64,000 bases of DNA from Polyangiales bacterium. Its GTDB lineage: Bacteria; Myxococcota_A; Polyangia; Polyangiales; Polyangiaceae. The stretch is taken from assembly GCA_038230375.1 (NCBI GenBank), contig JBBRNJ010000002.1, positions 128,001-192,000 on the forward strand. The letters are read 5' to 3'. The notes under the pieces are model-generated. The model did no database searches, was not told where the DNA came from, and worked only from the letters and a program-made list of their open reading frames with translations. The position numbers were made by a program, and so were the translations under genes. Shown in pieces: positions 1 through 11,491 of the stretch. The number at the start of each line of letters is the position of its first letter. Position 1 is the stretch's first letter.

Positions 1-198
1 TTCGAAGCGCGCGCTGCTTGGCCCGCCGATGCTCGCGGCAGGCATTTTTCCGCTCATCTTTGGCTTCCCGAGCGATCCGGACGAGGGCAACCCACGGTGG
101 TGGAAGATTGGTTACGGCGTGACCTTCGGGGTCGGAGTACTCGGCGGCGCGATGCTCGTCTATTACCTGGCGAACGCGACGACGGGGTTCGGGGTTCG

Positions 199-486
199 AT
201 GAAATGGATCGCCGCCATCTGCGCGCTGCTCGGTGTCGTGGGGCTCGTGCTGCTCGCGTGCACCCCGTTGCCACCGCCGGATCCTGCGCGCTCGCGCCGG
301 GACTGCTTCGTGGAATGGAACCCTGGCTGTCCGCGGGGAGCCGTCGACGAGCATCACGATCTCCTCGAATGCCGCTGGCCCGGCGAGCCACCGAGCGACG
401 CCACGATCGACCTGCGCCCCGAGTGCAAGGTCGCGTCCTTCGAGGGCGGTCTGATGCTCTGGGACGGTGGGCTCTTCGGTAAGTAA
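199..486 (+). CDS. small putative lipoprotein/secreted Cys-containing protein (~95 aa)
   Basis: ATG at 199 gives MKWIAAICALLGVVGLVLLAC, a signal peptide ending in a lipobox-like LLAC; in frame with ORF 97..486. Confidence 0.55.
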   Translation: MKWIAAICALLGVVGLVLLACTPLPPPDPARSRRDCFVEWNPGCPRGAVDEHHDLLECRWPGEPPSDATIDLRPECKVASFEGGLMLWDGGLFGK

Positions 487-559
487 TTTGGCCCACGAGA
501 TCCGACTATGACATTCGTCGGTGGCGCGAGGGTTCCTTGTCCCTCGAGGAGAGCTACCA

Positions 560-1858
560 ATGTCCATGCACGAGAGCTGCACGGTTTGTGGATCCGCCTT
601 CGAGGTCCAGTTCCGCTATCAGATGGAAGAACGAGACGGTGGGTTCTCGTTCTATTGCTCGCAGGCCTGCCATGAGCGCGCCGTGCGCGGCGACGCGCAG
701 ACCGGCGTCACCTGTGATGCGTGCGGTAAGCGCTTCTCCGTAGAGCTTGTCTCGCAGATAGTTCGCGTGAAGACCGCCCGAAGATACGCCTGCGGCGAGT
801 CGTGTCGCAGCCAGATCCTTGCTGAGGCCAGCGGCGCGCGCCTCTCGTCGTTCGCGACGCCTCCGCCGCCGCCTCCGGAAGAGCGCGAAAACAACGTGTT
901 TCCGATCCAGGGCGAGACCGAGGTGCATGCGCCCGTGGCGGTCGCCGCGCCGGACGGCGAGCCCGCGATCGCGACTCCTGCGACCCGCGTGTCCGACGTG
1001 CGTGACCTCTCGCGCGAGCCGCGTGACGAGCGACCGGAGCCCGCGGTCAACGTGCGCGGCCCGCGGAAGCTCGCCGTGTTCAATCACAAGGGCGGCACAG
1101 GCAAGACCACCACGTCGGTCAGCATCGCGGCGGGGCTTGCGCAGAAGGGCGTGAAGGTCCTCCTGGTCGACACGGACTCGCAGGGCAACGTCGGCGTGTC
1201 ACTCAATGTGAAGGCAGAGAAGTCGCTCTACCACGTGCTCGTCATGGGCCTCTCGCCCACGCAGGCGGCGATCAACGTGCGTCCGAACCTGGACGTGCTC
1301 GTGTCCAACGAGACCCTCGCGGCGGCCGAGCTCTATCTTGCCGGTCGTCAGAATCGCGACCGCATCCTGCGCGAGCGTCTTGCCGGCGCTGCCGATGCCT
1401 ACGACGTCGTCGTCCTCGACTGCTCGCCCTCGCTCTCGCTCTTGAACCAGAACGCGCTCGTGTTCGCGGACGGGATCCTGGTCCCGGTGGCGTGCGACTT
1501 CCTGTCGCTCGTCGGCGTGCGACAGGTGATCAAGACAGTGAAGAACGTGAACCAGCACCTGCGCCATCCGGTGCAGATCTTCGGCGTGCTGCCGACCTTC
1601 TACGATGCGCGCGCGCGCATCTGTCGCGATGCGGTCGAAACGTTGAAGGAGCACTTCGGCGATCGCTGCCTCTCGCCGGTTCGCGCGGCGACCAAGGTGA
1701 AGGAAGCGCCCGCGCAGGGCAAGACGCTCTTCGAGTACGCGCCCGAGTCGAACGCGGCAGAGGACTACATGGCGGTGGTCGACCGCATCATCGCCGGCGG
1801 GCCCTCGGCCGTGGACACCGCAGCCGCGAGCGAGCCCGCGCGTCGCGCCGGCACCTGA
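560..1858 (+). CDS. ParA/Soj-family ATPase with two N-terminal TRASH-like Cys4 zinc fingers
   Basis: Deviant Walker A KGGTGKTT, DTDSQGN, DCSPS and EAP motifs; N-terminal CTVC...YCSQAC and CDAC...ACGESC; GAGGAG RBS upstream of ATG 560. Confidence 0.88.
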   Translation: MSMHESCTVCGSAFEVQFRYQMEERDGGFSFYCSQACHERAVRGDAQTGVTCDACGKRFSVELVSQIVRVKTARRYACGESCRSQILAEASGARLSSFATPPPPPPEERENNVFPIQGETEVHAPVAVAAPDGEPAIATPATRVSDVRDLSREPRDERPEPAVNVRGPRKLAVFNHKGGTGKTTTSVSIAAGLAQKGVKVLLVDTDSQGNVGVSLNVKAEKSLYHVLVMGLSPTQAAINVRPNLDVLVSNETLAAAELYLAGRQNRDRILRERLAGAADAYDVVVLDCSPSLSLLNQNALVFADGILVPVACDFLSLVGVRQVIKTVKNVNQHLRHPVQIFGVLPTFYDARARICRDAVETLKEHFGDRCLSPVRAATKVKEAPAQGKTLFEYAPESNAAEDYMAVVDRIIAGGPSAVDTAAASEPARRAGT

Positions 1859-1892
1859 GTTTCAAAGATCTGGGATCACGAGGAGGATTGTC

Positions 1893-2189
1893 ATGGCACA
1901 GAGAGACGAAGGACTCGCCGGCGCGCGCGTTCTGGACCGAGAAGAAGTGGAGAGCGTGCTGAAGGGTGCATTCTACACGCCCGGTGCCGCGGCCCCGGTC
2001 GCGAAGGACGACGGGAAGCCGACGCACTACAAAGTGATCTGCATCTCGATGTACACGAAGGATCTCGAGAAGCTCGACGAGATGGTCGACGCCCTGAAGA
2101 AGAAGGGCCTCACCAAGGCGAACCGCAGCGCGCTCATCCGCGCAGCGCTAGACCAGGTCGATCTCGAGCGCGTGCCGAAGGGCATGTAA
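1893..2189 (+). CDS. small ribbon-helix-helix (CopG/ParG-like) DNA-binding protein
   Basis: C-terminal YKVICISMY..DLEKLDEMV...NRSALIRAAL fits a beta-alpha-alpha RHH; GAGGAGG RBS; directly downstream of the ParA gene. Confidence 0.7.
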   Translation: MAQRDEGLAGARVLDREEVESVLKGAFYTPGAAAPVAKDDGKPTHYKVICISMYTKDLEKLDEMVDALKKKGLTKANRSALIRAALDQVDLERVPKGM

Positions 2190-2190
2190 T

Positions 2191-3255
2191 TCAGATCTTC
2201 TCGAGATCGTCCCAGAACTGCGACAGCTCTTCGGGCATGGGCGCCTCCACCACGAGGCGCACACCCGTGCGCGGATGATTGAAGGCCAGCCGCGCAGCGT
2301 GGAGCGCGTGGCGCGGCAGCTCGAGGCGAGCGTGATCCTCCTCCGTGAGCTCACCATCGGCGCCGCGCGCGAATAGTTGCTCGTCCGGCCCATACAGCTT
2401 GTCGCCCACGATCGGCGCGCCCAGCGCCTGGAGGTGGATGCGGATCTGGTGCTGCCGCCCAGTCTCCAGATCGCACTGCATCTCTGCGTAGCGAAGGTCG
2501 CCGCGCGCGCGCACGTCCAGGATGCGGAAGCGCGTTGCCGCGTGCAGCGCGTTGGCATCGATGCCAAGGCGCATCTTCAGGCCAGTGCTGTGCGTGGGAT
2601 CGAGCTCGACGGATTGCTCGTAGCGAAACGCGTTCGGATCATCCTCGCTCCGCGCGAGGCCGATGGTCCTGGCGAACGTACCTTCGCCGGGAACACCCCA
2701 GGTGATCGCGCGGTAGCCTTTCTCCACGTCTGCGCGCTCTTCCAGCTGCTTCTTCATCCTGCGATCCGTCTCTGGATCCTTCGCAATGATGAGCGTTCCA
2801 CTGGTCTCGCGATCGATGCGATGCACCAGCGTGATGAACTGCCCCGGGCGCTCCGCCTCCATCACCTTGATGAGGGTGTTCTTGTAGTAGCGCGCGGTCG
2901 GATGCACCGGCAGCCCGGAGGGTTTGTCCACGACCATGAGAAATTCGTCCTCGTAGAGCACGGGCACGTCGGTGGGCACCGAGACCTCGTCCCAGGGCGG
3001 ACGCCAGAGACACACGAGCTGCTCCGCGAACACGCGGTCGTTCGGGCGCAGGGGCTTGCCGTCCTGACCGAACGCGCTCGTGCGGATGATGCCCTGCGCG
3101 CGCGTGCGGCTGGTGCGCCGGAACTGGCTCACCATGAACACGTCCAGGCGCATTCCCTCCGACTCCCTGGGCACACGGAACACGGAGAGGATGGAACCCT
3201 CTTCGGTGCCGTCGGGGCGGACGGCGTCTATGTGTCTCGCCCGGAGCCTTGTCAC
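2191..3255 (-). CDS. RluA/RluD-family pseudouridine synthase with S4-like N-terminus
   Basis: RLDVF, VDKPSGLPVHP, HRIDRETSG (catalytic Asp), TGRQHQIR, GDKLYG, LHA motifs. Confidence 0.92.
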   Translation of the reverse strand: MTRLRARHIDAVRPDGTEEGSILSVFRVPRESEGMRLDVFMVSQFRRTSRTRAQGIIRTSAFGQDGKPLRPNDRVFAEQLVCLWRPPWDEVSVPTDVPVLYEDEFLMVVDKPSGLPVHPTARYYKNTLIKVMEAERPGQFITLVHRIDRETSGTLIIAKDPETDRRMKKQLEERADVEKGYRAITWGVPGEGTFARTIGLARSEDDPNAFRYEQSVELDPTHSTGLKMRLGIDANALHAATRFRILDVRARGDLRYAEMQCDLETGRQHQIRIHLQALGAPIVGDKLYGPDEQLFARGADGELTEEDHARLELPRHALHAARLAFNHPRTGVRLVVEAPMPEELSQFWDDLEKI

Positions 3256-3336
3256 CAGGGCCTAATACACCCGTTCCGCTGCGCTTCACGGACAAAACCC
3301 GCAGTCTCCGCGCGTGCCGTGGTAATGAGCCGCCCC

Positions 3337-4785
3337 ATGGATATCCTCTTCGTGGCAACGGAGATCGCTCCGTACGAGAAGGTCGGCGGGCTGGCGGACG
3401 TGGTCGCGGCGCTCCCCAAGGCGCTTCGCGGGCTTGGTCACAGGGTGACGGTGGTCCTCCCCAAGACGCCGCGCTTCGACGACGCCGGGCTCCTTCTCGC
3501 GCGGCGCCTCACGCCGCTCACGTTCAACTTTGGCGGCGCTGACCATGCGGTCACCCTGTACGACGTGCGCCTCTCGTCTCACGTGGAGCTGATCCTCGTG
3601 GAGTCCGGCGCGCTCTTCACGCGCCCCGAAATCTACGGCGAGCGCGGTGAGGAGTATCAGGACAACGCGGAGCGCTTCGCGGTCCTCTCGCGTGCTGCGG
3701 CTGAGATCGCGCTCGCGCGCCAGGACGGCGGACAGCCGTTCGACATCGTGCATGTACACGACTGGCCGACAGCGCTCGTGCCCGCGTATCTCCAGAAGCT
3801 CGGCGTCGCCGCGAAGTGCGTCCTCACGATCCACAACCTGAGCCACCAGGGCATCTTCCCGAAGGACGTCCTTCCCAAGCTCGGGCTCACGTGGGACGCG
3901 TTCCACGTCGACGGCATCGAGTTCTACGGCAAGCTGAACCTGCTGAAGCAGGGCATCGTATCGGCCGACGCGGTCACCACCGTGAGCCCCACGTACGCGC
4001 GCGAGATCCAGGACCCGAAGACGGGCGAGCGGCTCGACGGCATCCTGCGTGCGCGTGAGAGCGCGGTCCTTGGCATCCTGAACGGCGTGGACTACGCCGT
4101 GTGGAACCCCGCTTCGGACTCCGAGCTCGCGGCGCGCTACGACGCGGAGGACACCACGAACAAGACGCGCTGCAAGGGCGCGCTGCAGCGCGAGCTCGGG
4201 CTCCCGCTCGAGCCGGAGACGCCCGTCGTCGCGTATGTCGGTCGGCTGGTCCCTCAGAAGGGGCCCGATCTCCTCGCGAGCGCGCTGCCGGAGCTGCTTC
4301 GCGGCACGGACGCGCAGTTCATCATCGCCGGCGACGGCGACCCCGCCATCAAGGCCCACCTCGACGCCGCGTGCGCGAAGTCTGCCGGCCGCGCGGTGGC
4401 CCCAGGGCATGTGAAGGACTCGGTCGTGCATCGTGTGTTCGCGGGCGCCGACATCGTGGTGGTGCCGAGCCGCTTCGAGCCCTGCGGCCTTGTCCAGATG
4501 TACGCGCAGCGCTACGGCGCAGCGCCGGTGGTCCGCAAGACCGGCGGGCTCACCGACACAGTCGTGGACTGCGATTCAAAGCTGGAGACCGGCACTGGCT
4601 TCGTCTTCGAAGGCGACGAGGTGGGTGAGCTCGTGGGCGCCGTGGAGCGCGCGCTGGCCGCTCGCGTGCTTTCAGCGTGGCCGCGCCTCACGCGCCGGAT
4701 CATGCGCCTGGACCGCAGCTGGGATCGCGCCGCACGCCAGTACGAGCAGCTCTACAAGAGCCTGCTCGCCACCAGCACCACCTGA
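3337..4785 (+). CDS. glgA: glycogen synthase (GT5)
   Basis: MDILFVATEIAPYEKVGGLADV, HVHDW, TIHNLSHQG, GILNGVDY, PSRFEPCGL, TGGL.DTV; start set at ATG 3337 inside ORF 2377..4785. Confidence 0.93.
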   Translation: MDILFVATEIAPYEKVGGLADVVAALPKALRGLGHRVTVVLPKTPRFDDAGLLLARRLTPLTFNFGGADHAVTLYDVRLSSHVELILVESGALFTRPEIYGERGEEYQDNAERFAVLSRAAAEIALARQDGGQPFDIVHVHDWPTALVPAYLQKLGVAAKCVLTIHNLSHQGIFPKDVLPKLGLTWDAFHVDGIEFYGKLNLLKQGIVSADAVTTVSPTYAREIQDPKTGERLDGILRARESAVLGILNGVDYAVWNPASDSELAARYDAEDTTNKTRCKGALQRELGLPLEPETPVVAYVGRLVPQKGPDLLASALPELLRGTDAQFIIAGDGDPAIKAHLDAACAKSAGRAVAPGHVKDSVVHRVFAGADIVVVPSRFEPCGLVQMYAQRYGAAPVVRKTGGLTDTVVDCDSKLETGTGFVFEGDEVGELVGAVERALAARVLSAWPRLTRRIMRLDRSWDRAARQYEQLYKSLLATSTT

Positions 4786-4792
4786 CCGGCGG

Positions 4793-5629
4793 TCAAGCCA
4801 CGGAGGACAGTGTCGCCGCCGCGCGTTGCTGGTCGACGACGTACGCCAGCCAGCGCACCTTCAAAAAAATGCGTGTAAGCTGCACCAGTTGGTGTGCAAC
4901 GAACAGCACCACCAGGGCGAAGCCGCCCTTGCCGCCGCCGAGCGATGCCGCGAGCGACGCCGCGATGCCGAGGCAGAGCGCGTGTCCGGCGAGCTGCGCA
5001 CCGAAGTAGAGCGCCGGCGCGAGGCGCTTCCTCCGAAGCGCCGTGTACGTCGTGATCGCCGCATCGAGCAGGCCACGGGTCCGCACGACGCCCACGTACG
5101 CGTAGTCCTCCGCCGTGGATACTGCCCATGCGAGGAGCGCGAATGGGATGAACGACGCCACGGCCCAGTTGAAAGCGGCGACCTCACCGTGGGCCTCCGC
5201 ACGCGCGCCGGCCACCCAGAACGCCAGCGCCACGCCAGCGCCGAGCGCAAGCCAGCGCACCACACCGAACGTCGCAAACATGGTGAGCATGCGGAAGAAC
5301 GAGCGCACCGCGACGCGGGCCCAGTCCTCCTGCTCGTCCAGGTACGAGATGGCGGCGGCGAGCGGCACGTGTCCAATCACCAGCGCGATCAGGGCGACCG
5401 TGACCACGAGCGTAGGTAAGAGCGAGGTCGCCGGGTCGAACCGGTAGACGAGCTCTGTCAGCTCGAGCGAGCCCGCACGGAAGAGCACCGCGTCTCCATC
5501 GGGATGCTGACCGTAGGCGCGCTCCGCCACGCTGCGAATGGGCAGCGCGACCACGAGCGCGAGCGCCGTCTCGAACAGCCAGTAGAGGAGCGACACGCGC
5601 AAGAGGCGTGAGGTCCGCGCAACGCTCAT
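4793..5629 (-). CDS. multi-pass membrane protein, translationally coupled to the M1 peptidase
   Basis: About 6 hydrophobic segments; ATG at 5629 overlaps the upstream TGA (ATGA). Confidence 0.7.
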   Translation of the reverse strand: MSVARTSRLLRVSLLYWLFETALALVVALPIRSVAERAYGQHPDGDAVLFRAGSLELTELVYRFDPATSLLPTLVVTVALIALVIGHVPLAAAISYLDEQEDWARVAVRSFFRMLTMFATFGVVRWLALGAGVALAFWVAGARAEAHGEVAAFNWAVASFIPFALLAWAVSTAEDYAYVGVVRTRGLLDAAITTYTALRRKRLAPALYFGAQLAGHALCLGIAASLAASLGGGKGGFALVVLFVAHQLVQLTRIFLKVRWLAYVVDQQRAAATLSSVA

Positions 5630-7626
5630 GGGCTCACCGACAGCAGCAACGACTGCGCCCAGAAGAGTGCGCGCTCGAAGCTCCGCGGCGCACCCTGCGA
5701 TGTTCCCTTCGCGGTCGCCATGTGGTTGTTCAGAAAGTTCTGGTCGACGAGGACCGCGTGATCCGGATCGACAACAACGTAGGCGAGCGGGGCGTCGCCG
5801 TCGTAGTGCACCCGGAAGTGCGGGCCCTTGCCATCCCACCGCACGCGTCGCTTCGCGCCGTTCGTGTCGGTGAGCTCGATGTCGACAGGCAGTGACAGCG
5901 TGCCGCGCTTGCCGATCAGCGCGGTGCCGCCGTGACCCTTCGGCGCGCCGCGAGCGACCGTCTCGCGCTTGCCGTCCTTGTCGTAGACGCCCGCCTCTGC
6001 GTCCTGATCGGCGGCCACGCTGAGCACCACATAGTCCACCCAGCCTTTGTCGTTGAGCGCATGCTCCGCAAATGCGCGCGCGTCGTCGCCCGCGGTGTCG
6101 CCGATCTCCTGGTAGAACGTCTCTGGCGTGGGGTGCTGAAAGCGTTGCTTGCGTGCGTATTTCCCCAACGCCGTGGTGATCGGCTCGCCGTAGGTGCGCT
6201 TCAGCGTCTCCATCACCGCAGCCGTGCGACCGTAGACCAGGCGCCCGTAGTTGAAGCCCGTGGCGAACTCGTCCGCGGGAAGGTTCACGGGATCGTCGTG
6301 GACCGCATAGCGGCTGGAGACGGCCTGCACCGCGGTGTCGGACAAGGAGAGGTCGAGGAGGTCGACGACTGACGCCTCACCGTAGTGCTCGGCAAGCACG
6401 TCCTCTTCGGCGAAGCTGTTCAATCCCTCGTCGAGGAATGGATAGCGGTTCTCGTTCGAGCCGATGAGTCCATAGAACCACTGGTGACCGAGCTCGTGAA
6501 CGGTGACCTCCTCGCCAAGGAGGAAGCCGTCCGGCAGCCAGTGTGGTCCGCCGGTGGTGATCAGCGTGGGGTACTCCATCCCGCCGCTCTCACGCGCGCG
6601 ATCGGGTGGGTGCACGACGGTGAGCACGGGATAGGGATAGCGCCCGTACTTCGCGCTGAACGCAGGCAGCGAAAACGTGATGGCCGCGGCCTCGCGCTCC
6701 ATGGTGTGCTGCATGCCGCGCGGGTAGAGAAACGCAACCGACACATCGCCAATCCTCCGTTCGGTGCGCTCGAACTGGTCCCACGCGGTGAACGCGAAGT
6801 CGTGGATGTCGCCCTGCACGTGGCGCTCGGTGTGGCGCCCGCCTTCGTCCTTCTGCTCGACCACGGGTCCTGTCGCGCCCAGGACGAAGCCCGCGGGGAC
6901 GTCCACCGTGATGTCGTAGTTGCCGTAGTTCGCGTAGAACTCCGTGAGGTGCGTGAACGCGAAATGCGTGAACGTGCCGTTCGGCTCCAGCTTCGCGATC
7001 TTCGGAAACCACTGTCCAGCGAAGTGGTAGCTGCCCCAGAAGCCTGTGCGCTCGAGGATGCTCGGGAGTGTTGTCAGGAACTCCACCTCGATGGTGAGCA
7101 CGCCGCCCTTCTGCACGGCGAAGGGCAGTGGCACGCGGACGTCGGTCTCGTCGCTGTCGCGTCCGGTGGTGAGCTCGGCCTTCTGCCAGAGCTCCTCGCC
7201 GCGTGCGCGGAAGTGGGTGACGTCGATCATGCCCCACGTGCTCACGCCGCCGCCGCCGCGGAAGGGGCCCACCGGCTCACGCAGGAAGCGCGAGCCCGCG
7301 TTCTTGAACGCGTTCATGTAGAGGTGGACCCACAGCTCGTGCAGGTCCGCATTGGTGGAGTTGTGCACGGTGATCGTGCCGATGCCCGTGATGGTGTGGG
7401 CCTTCGCGTCGAGCGTTGCGCGGAGCGTGTAGTCGACGGCCGGTCCATCCGCGTGCGCCGCCATCTCCACGCCAACATAGGTCTCGTGCGACTGCGACGG
7501 TACAGCGTGCGGTGCTGCCTCCCGCGGCGGCAGGTTCGTCCCGTCACCTTGCGCGCCAGCCAGACCCGCAAGCGCAAGAACGCTCACGAGAAACCCCAGC
7601 GCCAAGATGGCTCGACCAACCCGCAT
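5626..7626 (-). CDS. M1-family zinc aminopeptidase, secreted
   Basis: GGMEYP exopeptidase motif, HELGHQWF...DEG zinc motif, N-terminal signal peptide (MRVGRAILALGF...). Confidence 0.9.
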   Translation of the reverse strand: MRVGRAILALGFLVSVLALAGLAGAQGDGTNLPPREAAPHAVPSQSHETYVGVEMAAHADGPAVDYTLRATLDAKAHTITGIGTITVHNSTNADLHELWVHLYMNAFKNAGSRFLREPVGPFRGGGGVSTWGMIDVTHFRARGEELWQKAELTTGRDSDETDVRVPLPFAVQKGGVLTIEVEFLTTLPSILERTGFWGSYHFAGQWFPKIAKLEPNGTFTHFAFTHLTEFYANYGNYDITVDVPAGFVLGATGPVVEQKDEGGRHTERHVQGDIHDFAFTAWDQFERTERRIGDVSVAFLYPRGMQHTMEREAAAITFSLPAFSAKYGRYPYPVLTVVHPPDRARESGGMEYPTLITTGGPHWLPDGFLLGEEVTVHELGHQWFYGLIGSNENRYPFLDEGLNSFAEEDVLAEHYGEASVVDLLDLSLSDTAVQAVSSRYAVHDDPVNLPADEFATGFNYGRLVYGRTAAVMETLKRTYGEPITTALGKYARKQRFQHPTPETFYQEIGDTAGDDARAFAEHALNDKGWVDYVVLSVAADQDAEAGVYDKDGKRETVARGAPKGHGGTALIGKRGTLSLPVDIELTDTNGAKRRVRWDGKGPHFRVHYDGDAPLAYVVVDPDHAVLVDQNFLNNHMATAKGTSQGAPRSFERALFWAQSLLLSVSP

Positions 7627-7671
7627 GCAGACTCCACGCATTAGCACGCTGACCGCGTGCTCGGGTGCGTG

Positions 7672-8700
7672 TCAGAAGAGCGCGAGCTGGGCGCGGGGGC
7701 GCTCGAAGGTGCTTGGTTCGTCCCTCTTCCAGTCCTCGCGTGCGAGGAGGCCGTGGCGTTCGGCGGTGGTCTTGAAGAGCGTGTTCACCATCTCCGCGTA
7801 GGCGCCCTCGCCCTTCCCGCGTTTTCCGAACTGTGCATTATACATCTTGTCGCCACCCGAGCCCTCGCGGACGCGGCGCAGGATCTTCTCGGCGCGATCC
7901 GGGAAGGCAGCGCGGACGCGGGCCTCGAAGACGGGGGCGACTGCGCCTGGTAGCCGCAGGAACACGGCGAAGGCATGTGATGCGCCTGCGGCCGCGGCGC
8001 GCTCGAGCACCTTCGGAATGTCCTGGTCCGAGAGCCCCGGGATCACGGGCGACACGCTCACGCCCACGGAGATGCCTGCGCTCGCGAGGCGCTCGATGAT
8101 GGCGAAGCGCCGCGCGGGCGAAGGCGCGTACGGCTCGATGGCGCGTGCGTTGTCCGGATTGAAGAAAGGAATACTCACGCTCACTGTGGCGCGCGCGTGT
8201 CGCGTCAGGTCCACGAGGAGATCGATGTCGCGCTCGATCGTGGCGCCCTTCGTGATCACTCCGACGGGATTCTTGTAGAGTGCACACACTTCAAGGCAGG
8301 CGCGCGTGAGGCCAAGCTGCGCCTCCAGTGGCTGGTAGCAGTCCGTGACCCCGGAGAAGACGAGCGTGTCGCCTTTCCACGAGCGCTTCTCCAGCGCCTC
8401 TCGCAGGAGCTCCGCCGCGCGACGCTTCACGACGATCTTCCGATCGAAGTCCGTTCCGGCGCCCAGGCTCAGGTACTCGTGCGTGGGGCGCGCGTAGCAA
8501 TACGCGCACGCGTGCATGCATCCCCGATACGGGTTCACGCTGAAGTCGAAGCCGATGTCGGGGCTGTCGTTGTGCGCGATGATGCTCTTGCTGTGATCGT
8601 CGATCACCTCGACGTGGGCGAGGGGAGATTCGCCGCCGTCGTACTCGATGACCTCACGATCCCAGCGCCGAGCTGGGTTCGACATGGGGAGCTTCCGCAC
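7672..8700 (-). CDS. radical SAM protein, PA0069/Rv2578c (SplB-like DNA repair) family
   Basis: SVNPYRGCMHACAYCYAR (CxxxCxxC), SGVTDCYQPLE, ITK, C-terminal QLALF (resembles a beta-clamp-binding motif). Confidence 0.9.
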   Translation of the reverse strand: MRKLPMSNPARRWDREVIEYDGGESPLAHVEVIDDHSKSIIAHNDSPDIGFDFSVNPYRGCMHACAYCYARPTHEYLSLGAGTDFDRKIVVKRRAAELLREALEKRSWKGDTLVFSGVTDCYQPLEAQLGLTRACLEVCALYKNPVGVITKGATIERDIDLLVDLTRHARATVSVSIPFFNPDNARAIEPYAPSPARRFAIIERLASAGISVGVSVSPVIPGLSDQDIPKVLERAAAAGASHAFAVFLRLPGAVAPVFEARVRAAFPDRAEKILRRVREGSGGDKMYNAQFGKRGKGEGAYAEMVNTLFKTTAERHGLLAREDWKRDEPSTFERPRAQLALF

Positions 8701-8706
8701 CCATCC

Positions 8707-8734
8707 ACTATACTGAACTAATGTATAGTTTCAA
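8707..8734 (-). promoter_or_regulatory. sigma70-like promoter (TTGAAA-N16-TATAGT) with a Myxococcus-type LexA box in the spacer
   Basis: Minus strand reads TTGAAA CTATACATTAGTTCAG TATAGT; CTATACATTAGTTCAGT matches the M. xanthus LexA consensus CTRHAMRYBYGTTCAGS at 15/17; lies upstream of a repair-type radical SAM gene. Confidence 0.75.
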
Positions 8735-8736
8735 GG

Positions 8737-11004
<2,268 letters not shown>

Positions 11005-11007
11005 GGG

Positions 11008-11385
11008 TCACTCGGGCTCCGATGTCACGAGCAGCGGCATTCCGCTCTCCCTGGCGTGGTTCATCACGTTCTCCACCTTGGTCTCCGCCACGTCGCGAGT
11101 GTACACGCCCGCGACGGCGTTGCCCTTCGTGTGCACGGTCAGCATGATGTGCGTAGCCTCTGCCTGGGTCTTGTGGAAGAAGCGCAGCAAGGTCTCGATG
11201 ACGAACTCCATCGTGGTGTAGTCATCGTTGTGATAAAGTACCTTGTACCTTTTTGGCGTGGTCGGCTTGATGTCGACGTCTACGCCAGCGTCCTCGTCGA
11301 AGTCCGGACCGGAGGGGTCAGACGGCCCGCCGGGACCGCTGGGGCCGGAAGGCGGAGGCTTCTTCTGATTGCGGGGCGGGCTCAT
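11008..11385 (-). CDS. clpS: Clp protease adaptor ClpS
   Basis: YKVLYHNDDYTTMEFV...IMLTVHTKG...DVAETKV; start set at ATG 11385. Confidence 0.95.
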   Translation of the reverse strand: MSPPRNQKKPPPSGPSGPGGPSDPSGPDFDEDAGVDVDIKPTTPKRYKVLYHNDDYTTMEFVIETLLRFFHKTQAEATHIMLTVHTKGNAVAGVYTRDVAETKVENVMNHARESGMPLLVTSEPE

Positions 11386-11491
11386 GAGGAGAATGTAGGA
11401 CCCCCAATGTGGGTCGTGCACTTGTTTCCGCAAGATCGAATTAAGACGCGGAGCCAGGGGCCCGGGGTACATAATATGTAGATCTTAGACC

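Noticed and set aside
1..57. Possible start of a minus-strand gene (ATG at 57, MSGKMPAAS...)
   Set aside because: Too little sequence in the window to support a call
560..1858. Assignment as the chromosomal parA/soj or as PomZ
   Set aside because: No adjacent parB, origin genes or pomXY-like genes, and the N-terminal zinc-finger architecture differs
2377..3336. 320-aa N-terminal extension on glgA in the ORF track
   Set aside because: It is the antisense shadow of the RluA gene; the GlgA motif begins at 3337
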